From Psilocybe cubensis (taxonomy: Eukaryota): DNA of 64,000 nt. Under the pieces are notes generated by a model. It searched no databases, was not told the DNA's origin, and saw only the letters and a program-made list of their open reading frames with translations. Made by a program: the position numbers and the translations under genes. Of this stretch, positions 1 to 14,949 are shown one piece after another (the stretch's first letter is position 1; every line of letters starts with the position of its first letter). The stretch is taken from the NCBI GenBank assembly GCA_017499595.2, contig CM039010.1, forward strand, positions 1,240,001 to 1,304,000, read 5' to 3'.

Positions 1-889
1 CTAGACAGAGCTCAAGTTTGCATAAAGAAGGGGTGGACAGTCGATTAAGGAGGAGACCGCAGTCAATGGAACGACAGTACATAATGCACAGCTCTTGAAG
101 GAGTGGGAGCTTTACCGGTGGCAACGAAGACGCAGGATTATCGTTTTCTAAGCACAGTGCATGCTTGATAGTCAGAGATACCAAATTTTGTTGACTCCAA
201 AGGATTTCCACCCATTCGTCTATAGACGGTGGGCAGGCCTTTACGTTGACAAACAAAGTGGTCAGGTTCAAGCCAAGAAAGCTATTTGACGCCAGTGTGT
301 AGCCAGTAAGGTTAACATGTCGCAGATTTGGAGCATTTCCACCGAACAGCTCTTGCGAAAGTATATTACGGAAACATGGAATGGGGGGCTCAGTGATCTT
401 CGCTTCGAACGATCGGAGCAGAGGGGCAGCCATTTCCAAATAGGTTTGAAAGTCGTAGTTGGTGATATCGTCCACGAAGCTGAGCGACTCAAAGCGGTGG
501 AACTCTTCCAGGACTAACAGCCACCTGTTATATCTCGGGCTGTCGTCCGAGTCTATCGGAATTCCAGAGTAAATGGACAGTGGCGAAGATGACGACCAGC
601 GAAGAAGTTCCTGTATAAATTCCTCTGAGTCTGTATCTAGGTCGATCGGTAGAGAACCCCAAATTTTTTCACGATGGTTAATGCTCACTTCCCTCCAACT
701 TTTGCAGACCTGAGAAACAGAAAACATGTCTTGTCGTGCATCGATAGGATCGTAAGCAAGGCCCTTCATGCGTTGGAACACCCGTGTCAAGGCTTCTGCA
801 GTCAGTCGCTTTTTGGAGTTGTAAACATGTCGGCTGGGCTTGTATAACAGTGCTCGCCTCAGACGGGGCCAAGGATCCTTTCTGGACAT
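1..889 (-). CDS. F-box/LRR-like protein (Agaricomycete type), 3' end runs off the window
   Basis: Manual translation gives an open frame from ATG 889 to the window edge: ...KRLTAEALTRVFQ...VSQVCKSWREVSINHREKIW... (F-box-like), followed by LRR-like segments (APLLRSF, APNLRHVNL, LPLLQEL). Absent from the ORF track because there is no stop in the window. Confidence 0.7.
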   Translation of the reverse strand, partial: MSRKDPWPRLRRALLYKPSRHVYNSKKRLTAEALTRVFQRMKGLAYDPIDARQDMFSVSQVCKSWREVSINHREKIWGSLPIDLDTDSEEFIQELLRWSSSSPLSIYSGIPIDSDDSPRYNRWLLVLEEFHRFESLSFVDDITNYDFQTYLEMAAPLLRSFEAKITEPPIPCFRNILSQELFGGNAPNLRHVNLTGYTLASNSFLGLNLTTLFVNVKACPPSIDEWVEILWSQQNLVSLTIKHALCLENDNPASSLPPVKLPLLQELCIMYCRSIDCGLLLNRLSTPSLCKLELCL

Positions 890-1501
890 TTAGGAATTTG
901 GACAGGAGGAACATAGTTCGACGGCATTTAAATATTTTGAGCTGTGGCCTGTCTCTTCTGAGTTCGGGGAGCTTGTAGTCGTACTGATTGAGTGGCATGG
1001 CCTAAGTGACCAATATGTGATATTGGCCTGGCTCAAGTTGTGGCCCAAACAATTGACCATCGAGTCCATTGACCAGTCACTAAAGCAGGATGTTTATCTC
1101 CGCTTAAAATCCAATCCTCATTTGGAAGTCAGGCATCACGTCATGGGGGCTGCCGGTTGGAGGTTGGAATCTCCCCCGAGAGGCCTCGGGACTTGCTCCA
1201 CTCCTATGTTGGATCCCAGCAGGAAGAGATAAGCAATCACTCCTTCAAACCGGTACAATGTTTCCTAAGGGGCATAACGTGTAATGGTAACTGACAATCC
1301 GTATTCAATGGCGAACAAGTTGTTTATGAAACTAATGTAGATCACACTTGAAGCTTGAATCGTTTTCGCCATTTTCTTCTTCGCTTCCATCGGGAGTTAT
1401 GGCAGGCACTAACGAAAATAACATATGAAGCTAAGGTCTGGTTCTTTATAAAAAGGAGCCCTTAATGGGCGACAAATGCGCTGTACTTCCCACTTTCCTC
1501 C

Positions 1502-3835
1502 ATGGCCGAAAAGAGTTCGGAAACTGGGCAGGTTGAACGACCAAACCAAACACCTCTACCTCTGCATGATTCGCGTGCCGAAAAGGCACAATTTGTCAAC
1601 GTCCATGGAGAAAATGAGGACATAGAAATTGCAAGCTCTACGAACAATGACAAAGTTAGGCGGACACTTCAGCAAAGACAGTATGTATGAGTTACCTCTT
1701 TCTATTCCCGCGTTGTCTCAAAATCTCGTATCCCCAAGTCTTTCGATGATAGCTCTTGCTGGGATGATTGGAACCGGCCTATTTCTATCTAGCGGAAGGG
1801 CACTTGCTAATGCTGGACCTCTAGGATGCCTTTTGGCATTTGTTCTCGTATGTTTTTGTCGGACAGTTTAGCATTGCTGGCAAATCACGTACTGACTAAT
1901 TCTTCTGCACAAGATGGGCACTGTAACCGCATCTATAGGTCAGCAGTCCGATTGTTAGGATTCTACAGGTTTCCGGGATAATTTATATTTTTAAACAGCT
2001 TACATATCCGCAGAAATGTCTGCGTTCAAACCTGTAGAAGCTGGCTTCGTGAGGCACGCGACCATGTGGTTGGGTAGGAGTACTGGGATTGCGACCGGGT
2101 TTGTACCCTCAGTCTATGGATATGCTTTTTGTTATTGATATACTCTATCATAGCTGGAACTTCTGGTATTCCATGGCAATCACAATGCCAGCTGAAATCA
2201 GTGCCGCTACAGCTTTGGTCGGATTCTGGAATCCAACATTGAATCAAGCTATTCCGATAAGGTATGGGCAAAAGCAATGATATGTGTATCACGAACATAC
2301 AATGACGTCCTTGATTTCAGTATTCTTTGGCTAGCTATTGCAGTCATAAATTTCTCCGCCGTTCGACTGTATGGAGAATTTGAATTCTACTTTGCAATCC
2401 TGAAGGTGGGCCTTGAAAGAACGTTCAATATGCTAAAGATTATATTTCATTGGTACATGTCTAGATCTCCCTTATCATTTTATTTTTAATTGCAGGCATC
2501 GTCTTAGATCTTGGTGGATTTCCTCAACAAAATTTTATCGGCTCTCGATATTGGAAGAGCCCGTACCCCTTGTTTCGTGAATATACAACCTCTGGAGCAG
2601 AAGGTCGTTTTCTTGGCTTTTGGTCTGCCATGATATCAGCTGCGTTTGCCTATGGTAATGTGCAAGTCGTGGCAATAGCTGGCGCAGAAACTAGGAACCC
2701 TCGAAAGGCCATCCCCACTGCACTTAAGCGGACATTTACTCGCGTGATAGTGTTTTACGTCGCCTCTATCTTTGTGATATCTTTAATTGTGCCCGCGAAT
2801 GACACTCGACTCTCTCTGCCCACAGGAGATGTTACACATAGCCCCTTTGTCATTGCGTTCAGCAGTGCGGGGATAAAGGTGAATAACTAATCACAAGACT
2901 AATCGATTGACTGCTTCTTGCTTATCTATTTGATGTAGGGTATACCATCGGTAATGAATGCTATTGTATGTCATTTAAGCTCTCCAGATTTCCTTCAATA
3001 TGTTCTCATGAGAAACAGATCTTGACATCTGCATTCAGCTCGGGGAATGCGTGTACTTTCTTAGCTTCACGCACTATTCACGGTCTTGCTCTGGACGGTC
3101 ACGCGCCGTCTTTCTTATTATCTTTAAATCGGTTTGGCGCTCCGTACTGGGCTGTCGCTGTCTCAGTCATTTGGGGTGCAATTGCATATACTGGTTTGAA
3201 CAATGGCGCTTCTCAGGTAGGTGCTAATGGCTTTGCCAATGACTGAGAATTGATTGAAACACGCCCTTCATCTTCAAGGCATTTATTTGGCTAGTGGCAC
3301 TGGCAACTACTGCTGGGATAATATCTTGGATTGTTGTATGCTTCACATACCTTCGGTTTTTCTATGCATTAAAGGTGCAAAATATATCGAGAGACTTGTT
3401 GCCATACAAAAGCCCTTTCCAACCTTATCTTACGGTCAGTTTATCACATCAGGAGATCATAAATGTACTGACCGGCACATAGTATTATGCTTTAGTTATG
3501 AATATTTTAGTTCTGATATTTAGTGGTTGGAATTCTTTCTCCCCTACTTTCAACCTGACATCGTTTGCAACAAACTATTTGAACTGGTAGAGTTCTTTTA
3601 TCTTCAAATACAAGTCGTTTCATTGACTTTTGATTTTAGCATCATATTTCCAATCTTGTATATACTCTGCAAAGTCTGGCTCAGGGACACTGTGGTTCCA
3701 CTGAGAGACATTGATATCCGTTCAGAGCTTGATATAATCAAGCAGGAACAGATTTTTGAGGGCGGGCATGCAGAGGAAATGGCATTCAAAGGCTCCCTGA
3801 GTCTCTATGATAGAGTACTCAATGCCCTCTTCTAG
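1502..3835 (+). CDS. Amino-acid permease (APC superfamily, fungal YAT family), multi-exon
   Basis: Exon peptides SMIALAGMIGTGLFL, YGEFEFYFAILK, GRFLGFWS, AGAETRNPRKAIP, SPFV, LPYKSPFQPY; GT-AG introns. Confidence 0.92.
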
Positions 3836-4189
3836 AGGTGTATCGTGTATATTCAAGTAGCTATACGTGATTAATAACAGGAAAAGATAGGGGCTAGGGG
3901 CCGCTGTTTTATGAGCTCCGATACAAAATCATGGCATCGACGCGTCAAACTACCAACTTGCTGACCAACAGGACCCAGTCGAAGGTGATCCTCTTGACAG
4001 TTTCCGAAAGTGGTTGACCGGCAAGCCAACATAACCGATGCCCTTTCTCCGGAAAATGGATGTCATTGAAAAGAGCAGATTCTTTACGACCTTATTCAGC
4101 CCACCATTGCGTCTGTTCTGGGCTACAGGATAGTCCTTTCGAGCCCAAGGAAACTCGACTTGAAGTTTAGAGCTTCGCCGAGACTGACA

Positions 4190-7100
4190 ATGGCACCACA
4201 ACGACGCCTAAATCAACTTTTAAACGAACTCAAGCCACCTCTAGAGACAATTGGGACTTTGAAGCTTGGAGATATCACTTATGAAGTGCCCGCCTCCTTA
4301 ACACCTGCTAGGCTTGCCCGTTCTGTGAACATACTGGACGTCAACGATCCTGTTAACTTGGATAATCTTCACTTCATACTTCAGAAGTATCTTCTTGGAC
4401 AAGACGTCTTTCTGGTCTCACAACCTGGACCTTACGCTCGAAGATTGGCTTTAACATTTGCTAGGTAAGTTTTATCGTTTCTGCTGACGGAAAACTGAGG
4501 ACTAAAGCTGTGTTTTAGCATTATCAACACAGAATATGAATACATCGCATTGCACAGAGATGTAGGAGAAACGGAATTGAAACAGGTATGCATTCTTCTG
4601 TTGTTAAATTAACCAGCATCTAAACTTGCAAACAGGGTCGAGAAATTAGAAAAGGCGGAAACCTTGTATATGTGGATAGTCCAGCCGTAAATGCAGTCAA
4701 GCATGGGAGGTTGCTTATCTTAGAAGGGATAGAGAAAGCAGAACGCGGTATAATGCCTGTACGTCGACGATCAACTTAGTTTCCCCCGTGCTGACTGTAA
4801 ATAGGTACTCAACAATCTATTGGAGAATAGAGAAATGAATTTAGACGATGGAACGCATATCATACACCCTCATCGATATAACCAACTCTCATCTTCCGTT
4901 ACGGAGCAAGGAAAGGTGTTCATACCCGCTCACAAGAATTTCCGCGTTATCGCAATTGCTGCACCAGTGCCACCTTATCCTGGGTACCCTCTTGATCCGC
5001 CATTTCGTAGTCGATTTCAGGCTCGGTTCATTGACCCTGTAGGATCCCTGCTGTCCATTACTCATAGTTCATCAACTTCGGTGCCTCTCTATGACAAACT
5101 ACGAGATCTTATCCTATCCACACAATTTGCCAGCGAGTCACGAAGTGCTCTCGAAATTGTTTCGAAGACATCATTACCGCCTTTTCCTCAGACTGCATTG
5201 ACTAAACTGAGAAGTTTGATCGAGAAGTTCCCCCCTCCAGATGAACTTTCTCCTCCTCAACTCGCTCGTCTCTTCTTGACAATACATCCTGGGTTGATCC
5301 ATGCTCCTTTCCAAGCATGGGCTATTATCAGCAGGCAAACTGAGGAAAGTGGACTAGGAGAGTTGGGAAGCCCATCAATGTCTTCGGTTGACGAAAACAT
5401 TGGGCTTTTCGGGTACCAATTATCAAAGATTTGCCGAACAGGGGATGCTACCGCAGAAGTTACCTTCGACCCGCCACCAGGTCTGAGCGCAATATCTGTT
5501 ACTGTGCAAGCTGGATCTAGGCAGCTTCGACCTTTCCCTTTTGCAGGGAAACTGGAGTTCAACCCAAGTCCAAGATTTATGGGTCTTTTGACTTGCTTTG
5601 TACAGGCTCATGCCCTTGGTTGGGATATTTCTTTAATTCCTCCTGCTTCTCCGTCAACGGCATCAGCTTCGACTACCACTCTAGTTAGAGTGTTCGGCCA
5701 GATACTGGGTTATGATGCAGAAGTTATTCACATGTACAAAGAACTAGGCGGTAGAGAGCTTGTCATGCGCCGAAGGATTGAAGATGGTGGTGCTACAACT
5801 TGGGAACCAAGGTATTTTTGTTTGACGTCAGTGATGGTTACTTTCTGAGTTATTGACGAATGCTGTTTCGCGTCTAGTACGTTGATCGAAGGTGCTTGGG
5901 CAGGTCGATTACTGCATCTAGCTGGACTAGATGTCATTGGTTCTACTGCTGGTTCACTGTCACGAATTATCCAGGATCGTGAAATAGAGTTATGGGAAAA
6001 CAAGCGCATTGTGGCTGAAGCATCTCCAGAAGAAGCAAGTGCATAGTTTAGTTTCACTTGGGGTCGTAAATGCTAATCCATGCACTAGATTTCTTCAGGA
6101 GAGCTGTCGGTTGCCCACCCTTCATTCCGTGTCATAAGCACAGCATCGAAATCCCTTCTGCTCAAGGATTGGCTCTCTGACGAGCATGCAAACATGTTTT
6201 TCCCTATTCCAAGTCAGCCCATGGACAAGAAAGAGGAATCATCGATTCTATGTACCACGGGTTGTCGACAGGAGCTCATCGATACTCTTCTTGTCTTTGC
6301 GGAAAAATACAGAAACAGCATGTCGGCAGACAATGTGTTGAAAAATCGTAGATTGGGCACGCGTACCCTTGTTAGAATTGCCCGGAGACTCGCTTCATAC
6401 CCACAGGACACTGATCTTCATTCAATCATCCAACAATCTTTGTTGGCAGAGTTCTTGCCAGCTACCGAGAAAATGAATCTCAACACAATGCTGGAAGACT
6501 CCAATATTTTCAAGCTAACACCACCGGTAAGTTTGCTTCCTTCATTACTTCATTCTATTTCTTACACATTCTTTTTAGTTCAATCCTAGTCCTTATGTAG
6601 ACAATAATGCATTAATTTTCCCAGCACCAAGTAGCACTGGCGGAGAGACTTTACCAACCTCTATTCCGCTGTTCAACTCTGCCCATGACCCAGAAGGATT
6701 TGCTTCTCATGTGCCACACATGGACCACTTTTACGACAACAGCTTGCAGACAGGCCTCATGCGTGATATCGCGATAGATCTCGAAATCCTGGGAGAACAC
6801 ATAGTTTTGTTGGGCAATCAGGTGTGTCTCTAGATTCGCGCATGTTTTGTCATCAGAAATCAAACTTCGTTCAAAACATCAGGGTGTGGGAAAGAATAAA
6901 ATAATAGACAGGTATGTATATCGTATGATGTTTGGCAGCATATAGTTGATCAACGTGCTTTCTAGATTGTGCCAGGTAAGGAATTAATCAGTTGCATGAT
7001 CCCGACTATTGTTCAAATACTTTCCATCAGCTTTTGGGCCGCCCAAGAGAATATATTCAACTGCATAGAGATACAACGGTTACCCAGCTCATGTTTACTA

Positions 7101-9644
7101 CATCTTTAGAAGGCGGTATCATCAATTATACCGACTCTCCTCTTCTTCGCGCCATCAAATACGGTCGTTTTATCATCATTGACGAGGCCGACAAAGCACC
7201 TGAACACGTCGTAGCGATTTTCCGAAGTCTTGCTGGCCAAGGAGAGATGTCTCTCTCCGACGGCAGGCGTGTGAGACCAGTGTTAGAAAGGGAGGGTGAC
7301 ATTGTCGTTCATCCCAATTTTCGACTTATTTTGTTGGCCAATCGACCTGGGTATCGTGAGTTTGGCATTTTTCACGTTTTCTGATGTCATTATCGATTTC
7401 GTTGCAGCTTTCCTCGGAAATCATTTCTTACAAGTTTTGGGAGAGAACTTCAGCGCACATTCCGTCTCCAATCCTGATCAGGAGTCTGAACGCAATCTTA
7501 TTGGACAGCTCGCTCCTGAGATGGATAAAGATCTGGTTCTAAGACTTGTTGGGGCGTTTAGCGATCTTCGCAAAGGTTATGAAAATGGGGTTCTGAGCTA
7601 CCCATATTCGTTGAGAGGTCAGATACTTGACTACCATCGATTTCAAAATTTTTATTGCCCCTTCAGAATTGATCAATCTTGTGCGTCATATGAAAGCATA
7701 CCCGTCAGATTCTTTGGGCGATGCTTTGCGGAATATCTTCGATTTCGATGTCTATAAACCGGATACTATTGACAAGTTGTCGGAGATCTTGATTCACCAT
7801 GGGTATGATCTGTTTAATAACCTAATTTAATTTTACTGAGACAAATGATTCTAGGTTGCAAGTCCCTCACCTTGGCTTGGATGCTGCACGAGAAGCTGCA
7901 AAGAAGAAAGTCCAGGACATAGAATTCGAACCTAAGGAGACCAGCTTGAAAGGCCCGAAGGAGGGAGAGCATGACAATAAAGAACATTCCGGCGGCAATC
8001 GATGGGCTGGCGGCGTGAGTAGCTAACGCTCTATGTGCATTTCTCACAGAGCACTCATAGTTGACATAGACTGGTGGGCGAGATACGGCTGGAATGGGGG
8101 GTCGAGGAGGGTATAAACGATTCTATAAGGGCGGCGATATTAAGCAGGTAGGATCACCATGAACCACACCATTTTTACATTGGCTGATATGGTGCTTCGT
8201 GATCAGGTCTCGGACAAGCTCAAGCAGGATGTACCTGATCACATCAAAGAGAAGGCTCGAGAAATGGCTCGTCAAGAACTTCAGCGCAGGCTTGAGGAGC
8301 TTGATATGTCCGCTTCAGAAGCTAAAGGGTACGGTCAATTGATTGGTGCCACTGAAGCCCATATGGCATCCCTTCTTGATTTACTCGAACGTTAGTCCAT
8401 CTAGGTTTCTTTGAGATATTTTTTTTCTTAAACTTGATGTAGACCTTGCTGCAAAGGAGGAAGAACGAGTATGGGTCAAACGACAGATAGATGGTGAACT
8501 GGACGATAGTCGTCTGACTGAGGGATTGACCGGAGAGTCCACAGTCTATAAGCGACGTGGAATGGAGAAGCCTGAAATAGGTCGACCTCAAGTCAAGTAA
8601 GTCATGCATATTTTCTCTCCTCCTTCCGGTCTTTGATTTAATACCATCTTTCAGGCCAAAGAGAATCAAATTCATTTTCGATTTGAGCGCGTCGATGTAC
8701 CGTTTCCAGTATGATGGCCGTTTGCAACGAAGCATGGAGACAGGTAAATTTCTTTTTTAGTATGCCCAGAGGTCGCCATGGCTTATATCATTACATTAGC
8801 TGTAATGTTGATGGAGACCTTTGAACGTCTGTCTCGGAAAGACAAATATGTCTGGGATGTAAGCTTTACTTACTAATTCTGTTCTTTCCATGTATTCAAT
8901 TGTTCTGTTAGATGTGCGCCCATGTGAGTTGATCCAACGTCGTTGACTTGGCTTTCAGCAGCTAATAACTGGCATAGTCGGGAGATGGACCTGACATTAC
9001 GTTGACGGAGGCTGGTAAACCACCAGCTGACTTGAAAGCTCGATGGAAAGTTACAGAGAAAATGTATATGATTCCTCAGTATGCGTTTGCTGGCGATTAT
9101 ACTGGTACGTCTGTCGTCTTGCACAATTAATCGCTGCTCATTGTCTATTTATTCCTTATATAGTCGAGGCTATAACTAAGGGTGTCACTGAAGTTGCTAA
9201 ATATGATGCAGGTGAGTATGATGCAGTTGCATACATAATAGATCAATACTTATGTCGCCACGAATAGATGATTGGTTTGTGATCGCCATCACGGTGAGCG
9301 TTGCTCGCAGAATGTTCCAAGTAATCATAATTTCTGATTATGATGTTCTACATGTACCACAGGACGCAAACTTTGGTAGATACCAAATCACTCCCGAGGA
9401 ACTCACAAGGGCTATGCGGCATAACCCCAAGGTCAACACCGCCTTGATTTGTATTGGAGAAGGGGCAGAAGCTTCATGGTAAGTCCTAAAGTGGCTCAAT
9501 GATTGAACACAAGTAACACCTCTGATCCAATATCTGCATATTAGGATCACGAAAAGTCTTCCTGGTCGCGGTTTCCGGGTGGCTAACACTGGTGATATTC
9601 CAAATGTGCTACGCAGCATCTTATCTACTATGGTAGACCGATAA
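4190..9644 (+). CDS. VWA8: VWA8-like AAA+ ATPase with C-terminal von Willebrand A domain, multi-exon
   Basis: ILQKYLLGQDVFL, LENREMNLDDG, LDPPFRSRFQAR, EYIQLHRDTTV, IIDEADKAP, HPNFRLILLANRPG, C-terminal VWA segment DANFGRYQI; stop TAA 9642-9644. Confidence 0.88.
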
Positions 9645-10112
9645 TATTCGGTTTGACTTACAGCTAATATCTACTGAACCATTGATATATCTATTGTACT
9701 ACTGTACCAACGAAATGGCCTCGGTTAAATGTAGATTCTTTATGATTCTCTGAACTTGTAATATATCACGCCAGAGTGTTTGATCGTTATTCTAGCCATT
9801 TTTAATCAGCGCACAATTGGCGTTCGAGTTTTAGGAGTCTCTCGAGTCCGAAGGCCTGAACTTTGCCTGACCTTGCCGTCTGAAGCTCCGTGACGAACCT
9901 ACGACGTACGTTGTGACCACATGATCCAAGTGCTGAAATGATCATTACCGTCCCTTGCCCTTAACATCCGCGACACTCACTCATCACCTATTCACTGGTC
10001 GCGTTTCTCTGCTCAAAACTTTGTGTAAAAAGAGTATTCCCGTCTACTGAGCAGAGCACTGAGAAACCGTCGTCGATACCTTGCAGAGGCTCTATCACAA
10101 CCAGCAAACAAT

Positions 10113-11386
10113 ATGGCGTATTTCTTCGCGTCACCCATAGACGTCGATATCAAACTAGAAGGAGAAGAACTGAGAAAGCAGGTGGAACTGAAATCGGACA
10201 AGGATAAGAGCATATCATGTCCGGTTTACTTCGACGGAGACTCGGTCACAGGCCAGGTACATCCGCAGTACACCCTCTTTCGTCGTTAGCTCAATACGTT
10301 GGGCAACTCCAGGTTACAATACGGGTACGTGATGGAAAGAAGACTACCCATGAAGGCATTAAAGTCGAATTTGTCGGAAGCATCGGTTAGTCGAGTCGTT
10401 TCGGTTGGGTATATCTCAGTTGACCGGACTTCCTGCAGAGCTATTCTACGATCGCGGGCATCACCATGAATTCCTTTCACTATCGCAAGAACTCGCAGCA
10501 CCAGGAGAAATGAGACAGGCACAGACTTTTGACTTCAACTTCAAGAACGTTGAAAAGCAGTTTGAAAGTTACCAGGGCATCAATGTTAAGCTGAGGTACG
10601 TTGATTTTGCCTTTTCCGTTAACGAAACGAGCCCTGAGGCATACGTTTTAGATATTTCGTGAGGGTCTCAATTTCACGGAGGATGGCGGATGTTGTTAAG
10701 GAAAAGGATATCTGGGTGCACTCATTCCGTATGCCTCCCGATAGCAACAATTCAATCAAGATGGAAGTTGGTATTGAGGACTGCCTACACATTGAGTTCG
10801 AATATAACAAGTCCAAGTACGTTCTTTCCGGGCTTAGCTATTATGCCGCGGATTTTGAACTTCCCTTAGGTATCATCTTAAAGATGTGATTGTTGGCAAG
10901 ATTTACTTCCTCCTAGTTCGGATAAAGATCAAACATATGGAACTGTCCATCATCCGGCGCGAGACGACAGGATCACCTCCAAACCAGTACAACGAAAGCG
11001 AGACAATCACCAAGTTTGAAATAATGGACGGTGCTCCCGTAAGAGGTGAGAATGCCACTCATCAAAGCCTTTCCGTGACCAACACATTATTTTCAGGGGA
11101 GACGATACCCATTCGAGTTTTTCTTGGTGGCTTCGATCTCACACCGACTTTCCGGGACGTAAACAAGAAGTTCACTACTCGTTACTACCTGAATCTTGTG
11201 CTCATAGACGAGGAGAACAGACGGTACTTCAAGCAGCAGGTATGTTTCCCTCACAACATACTTAGGATATTTCGCACGTTAATCCCTACATTTAGGAAAT
11301 TACGATCTTTAGGATACCCGAGGTGAGTTATCAGTGAGGATTAGCCATGTCTGCAGGCAGCTGACCATATCGTTTGACAGAATTGA
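10113..11386 (+). CDS. VPS26: Retromer subunit Vps26, multi-exon
   Basis: ELFYDRGHHHEFLSLSQELAAPG, IKMEVGIEDCLHIEFEYNKSKY, GKIYFLLVRIKIKHMELSIIRRE, EIMDGAPVRGETIPIR, YYLNLVLIDEENRRYFKQQ. Confidence 0.96.
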
Positions 11387-11649
11387 TTATTGGTCCGTTT
11401 ATTAGTACTGTATTTTCTATATTTATCTTTGCGCAACATGGATTATTCCCCACTTTGACTGCCAATATCTGGTTAGTTAATGTTTTCTTCTTTCTAGTCA
11501 TTAAGAGAGCATATAATCTCGGCGATATAACATCATAAAGAACAGGATGGACCAGACAAATAAACATAAAGAAGTGAAAGGTAAACTACCCATGCAAATA
11601 CAACAGAACAAAAACGAACGACAACATAAAATGTTCAGAAGTACTGGGT

Positions 11650-14600
11650 TTATCTCTGTGTTGTAGGCAGACTATCCTCCATCGCCAACACTTCGGAATC
11701 TCTAAGTACTCCTGTTCCTCCTGGTCTCGACTCAAGACTTCCAACCTCTACTTGGATGGCTTGCATGTTAGCAGCTCTCGGCGGGATGACGATGGGTAAT
11801 AAATGGAAACTGCCCCTAGAATGGGCAGAGCGCATCGGCGTAGGCGTGGGCTTACTAGGTACTCTCCCGACACTCTTGAGCCTGCTAAGCTCGGGCTTTT
11901 GGTTAGAACCGTTAGCACGCGCGAGCCTGCGCTCATTCTGCTCCGCCATCCGAGGGTTTCTGAGCCACGGGATCTCGAGGTTGTCAATGCTCTTTCCACG
12001 GTCATGCAGGTTCTGGAGGTTATTCTCTCTGCGTGCGGCAGGTGGAGAGAGCTGGACGTCGTCGGGTGCTACAGCCACAGAAGCAGATGTGTCGACCCAT
12101 TCGGCAATCCTGCTCAACTTTTCGTGAACAGAAACTGTTTTTCGAGGTGTCGTGGTTCGAGGTGTCGTGGGTGACCTAGGGCCCTTGGGCACAGGGGGTA
12201 CAGGCATGGGCGGAAGAGTCGCAGATGGTGGTCGCCCCGGAAGTCTGAATTGCTTTGACCTTCCACTATCCAAAGCCGTACCAAGATCAATGAAAGGGTC
12301 CTCCGCTATACTCTTCGCAATCAGTTCGAATCCAGACATGTTTGACTCAACAGTTCCAGGGGTGATCCCTTGTGGTGTTTCGGGCACCTCCGCTTTGCGG
12401 GTCTTCGATGGTGGAACTGAAAGAACTGACGACCTAGTGTTCAGCCTGAGAGGAACCTTCGAAGGCTTGACAGTTGCCATCGAAGCATAGCTCATCCTAG
12501 AGTCGTTTTCATCAAACGGATCGATGGGTTTCTGGTTGTACGGTGCCATTCCTTTGCCCCGAGGGGTGATTGACATCCTGTAGTCTCCTGGTTGCATCAC
12601 AGGTGTTTTGCCAGCTTTGACAGGAGAAGGAAGAGAATATCTGACTGGCGAAATGGCGATTTGGCTGCTGCCGTCCTCGCTGCCACCCACAAAGGCAGAT
12701 GACTTGAGAAGAGGCGAAGGCAGCGGTCGTCGGAATGTAAATTCAGAAGGCGAACCTATCACTCGAGGTCTTGCCATAATACCAGGAGGATACAAAACGC
12801 TTGAGGCAGGACCACTCTCGACTTCCCACCTGGGGGTGAGTACAGTCTCCCCAGGTTTGTATTCAAATGGGCTTGGCGGTCCTGGGAACTGGCTTGCAAG
12901 CTCGCGAACGGCTTTGATCGAATCCGGCATACTCTTTATGCTGGCCATTGACTTGACTCTAGCTCCGAAATCTTCAGTCGTCCGTCGAGAGTCTGCAACG
13001 GTGGAGTGTTCCCTAAGTTCGGGTTCCTGCTCAGGTCCAGGGAACGACACGGGAGCGGTCGTCGTTGGGAAAGTCTGCTGAGGGATCTCAGGTACAGGGT
13101 TGGACGTTGGCTCAGCGACTGGCATGGCTACCATGTTTTCAGGGCTTGCGTTGTGAATGGACCTGGGAGCCTGATATATGCGCGCTTGTGCTGCTCTCTG
13201 GGACAATTTCCGCTGAGGAGCATTGATGATCTCGTACGGGCCGGCGAATGAGTTGAGCGAGTCGCGGTACCGGTCCTGTAACTCTTTCTCGGTGTGGAAT
13301 CGGGGTACAGGAGGTCTGATCAGGTCCATCTCGGAGAGTGATTTCTTGTCGGAATCGAAATAGTAGCTCGAGTGCGTGTATCGGCTTTTCTCCGAGGAAG
13401 CTGCATACCACGTACTAAGGGGCCTGGATTTGATGTCTTGGGCTACGAGTGCAGGGCTGGGAATGCTGAGACTTGAAAATCGCATAGTAAGTTTTGGGGT
13501 GCCTCTGTTATAGGTGATTGTAACACGGTTCTTGGACATCCTCTCCTTAATGCTCGCGAATTCCTCCATCCCAGGAAGACCAGACTGGAGAGTTGATTGC
13601 GACTGACGCTGCGACGTTGTGATGTAATGTGGGCCTCGGTAAGAATCAGCTTTCTCGTCAATGTACACGAGGTTCTGGGGGGCCCGAGGGGTTGCATGAA
13701 ACGCAGTAGCGGTTGGCGACAGTTGACGGAAAGTGCTGTAGCGAGGATTGGAGATGAAGTTACGTAGTCGGGATTTTCGAAAACTAGTGGGTTTTCTCCT
13801 TCTCGCGCTCATGATCTCATCTTGTACGGCTTGGAAGTCTTCCAACATGTCGACTCTAATTGCCAGCATCAAAAGATTGAGTTGACAGACGCAAGGTCAG
13901 ATGTACGCACCCTTTGACAATGCCAATGCACATGAAAGCCCTTGAGAGCATCCTCATTATTCGCCGCGTCAACGACATGCCGAAACTCCCCCCTGCAAAT
14001 CCAATTACTGTCTCCAGTGCTCCCAGCTTTGCCGACCCTGCTATCCACCCAATCCCATTGACAAGATGGGCCTTATCTGAATCTCTCCTCTCAATATTAC
14101 GCTGGTTAAGGAGAGCCCGAGTGAGACGAAAGAAAGAAAAACAAAAAACAGATGCTTGATAGATGATGAGAAGAGCCAATGTTAAACTGGTGAAGAATGT
14201 CCATAGGCCTTCTTGACCAGAGTTAGCAAAACCAATCACGATGTTGGGCTTTGGTTTCGAAGAGGAATCAGGCCCTGCAACACCAGATACAGAAATAATT
14301 GATCAGTAAGAATGGTCATTTGATCTGATATGAATAACAAGGCTATGGTCTCACGTATTGAAACGCCGATGAAAGATGCTACCTCGTTAAAGATGACGAT
14401 AGCCGGGATGAAGATGATGAGTGAGAGTTTGGCGACATTTTGAAGGCGTTTCGGGAGCGTGTCCGTGAGCTCCTCACTTGTGAAAATATAAAGAAAAAAA
14501 GTATAAAAGAAAATGGGGAGGAAGGAAGCGACACCTATATGTGTGGGGTGCAGAAGAATAGATTAACGTAAACGAGGACCCTTAATTTTGGACGCGTTGA

Positions 14601-14949
14601 CTGCACACTGAACGCACCTATCCCTAGATCTAAATCTCGAAATAGAGAGAAGTTGCTCCGCACTGTAGGTACGTTAGATATGAGTTCGATCACTGTGAGG
14701 ATCAAGTATATCCATCCTTCTGCTGTGAGGAGCAAATGTCGTCTGAACATCCAAGGATGAGCGAGGGCGCACCCAAGAGATAGAATGACCAGTGTGTACT
14801 CACCTTCCTTGACCCCATTTCGCAAAAATCAAAGACGATGTAAAAATGACCTCCAGTGCCGTTGGAATTACCAAAAGAAAGTTATCACGAGGTTCTGGTG
14901 TGGGGGAGCAGCGAAGAATCGAGGCTGATGATAGACAGACGGATCCCAT
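11650..14949 (-). CDS. Uncharacterised membrane protein: several N-terminal TM helices plus a long Pro/Ser-rich cytoplasmic tail
   Basis: Hydrophobic exons at 13.9-14.9 kb spliced to a 740-aa low-complexity ORF; start ATG 14949 inferred. Confidence 0.7.
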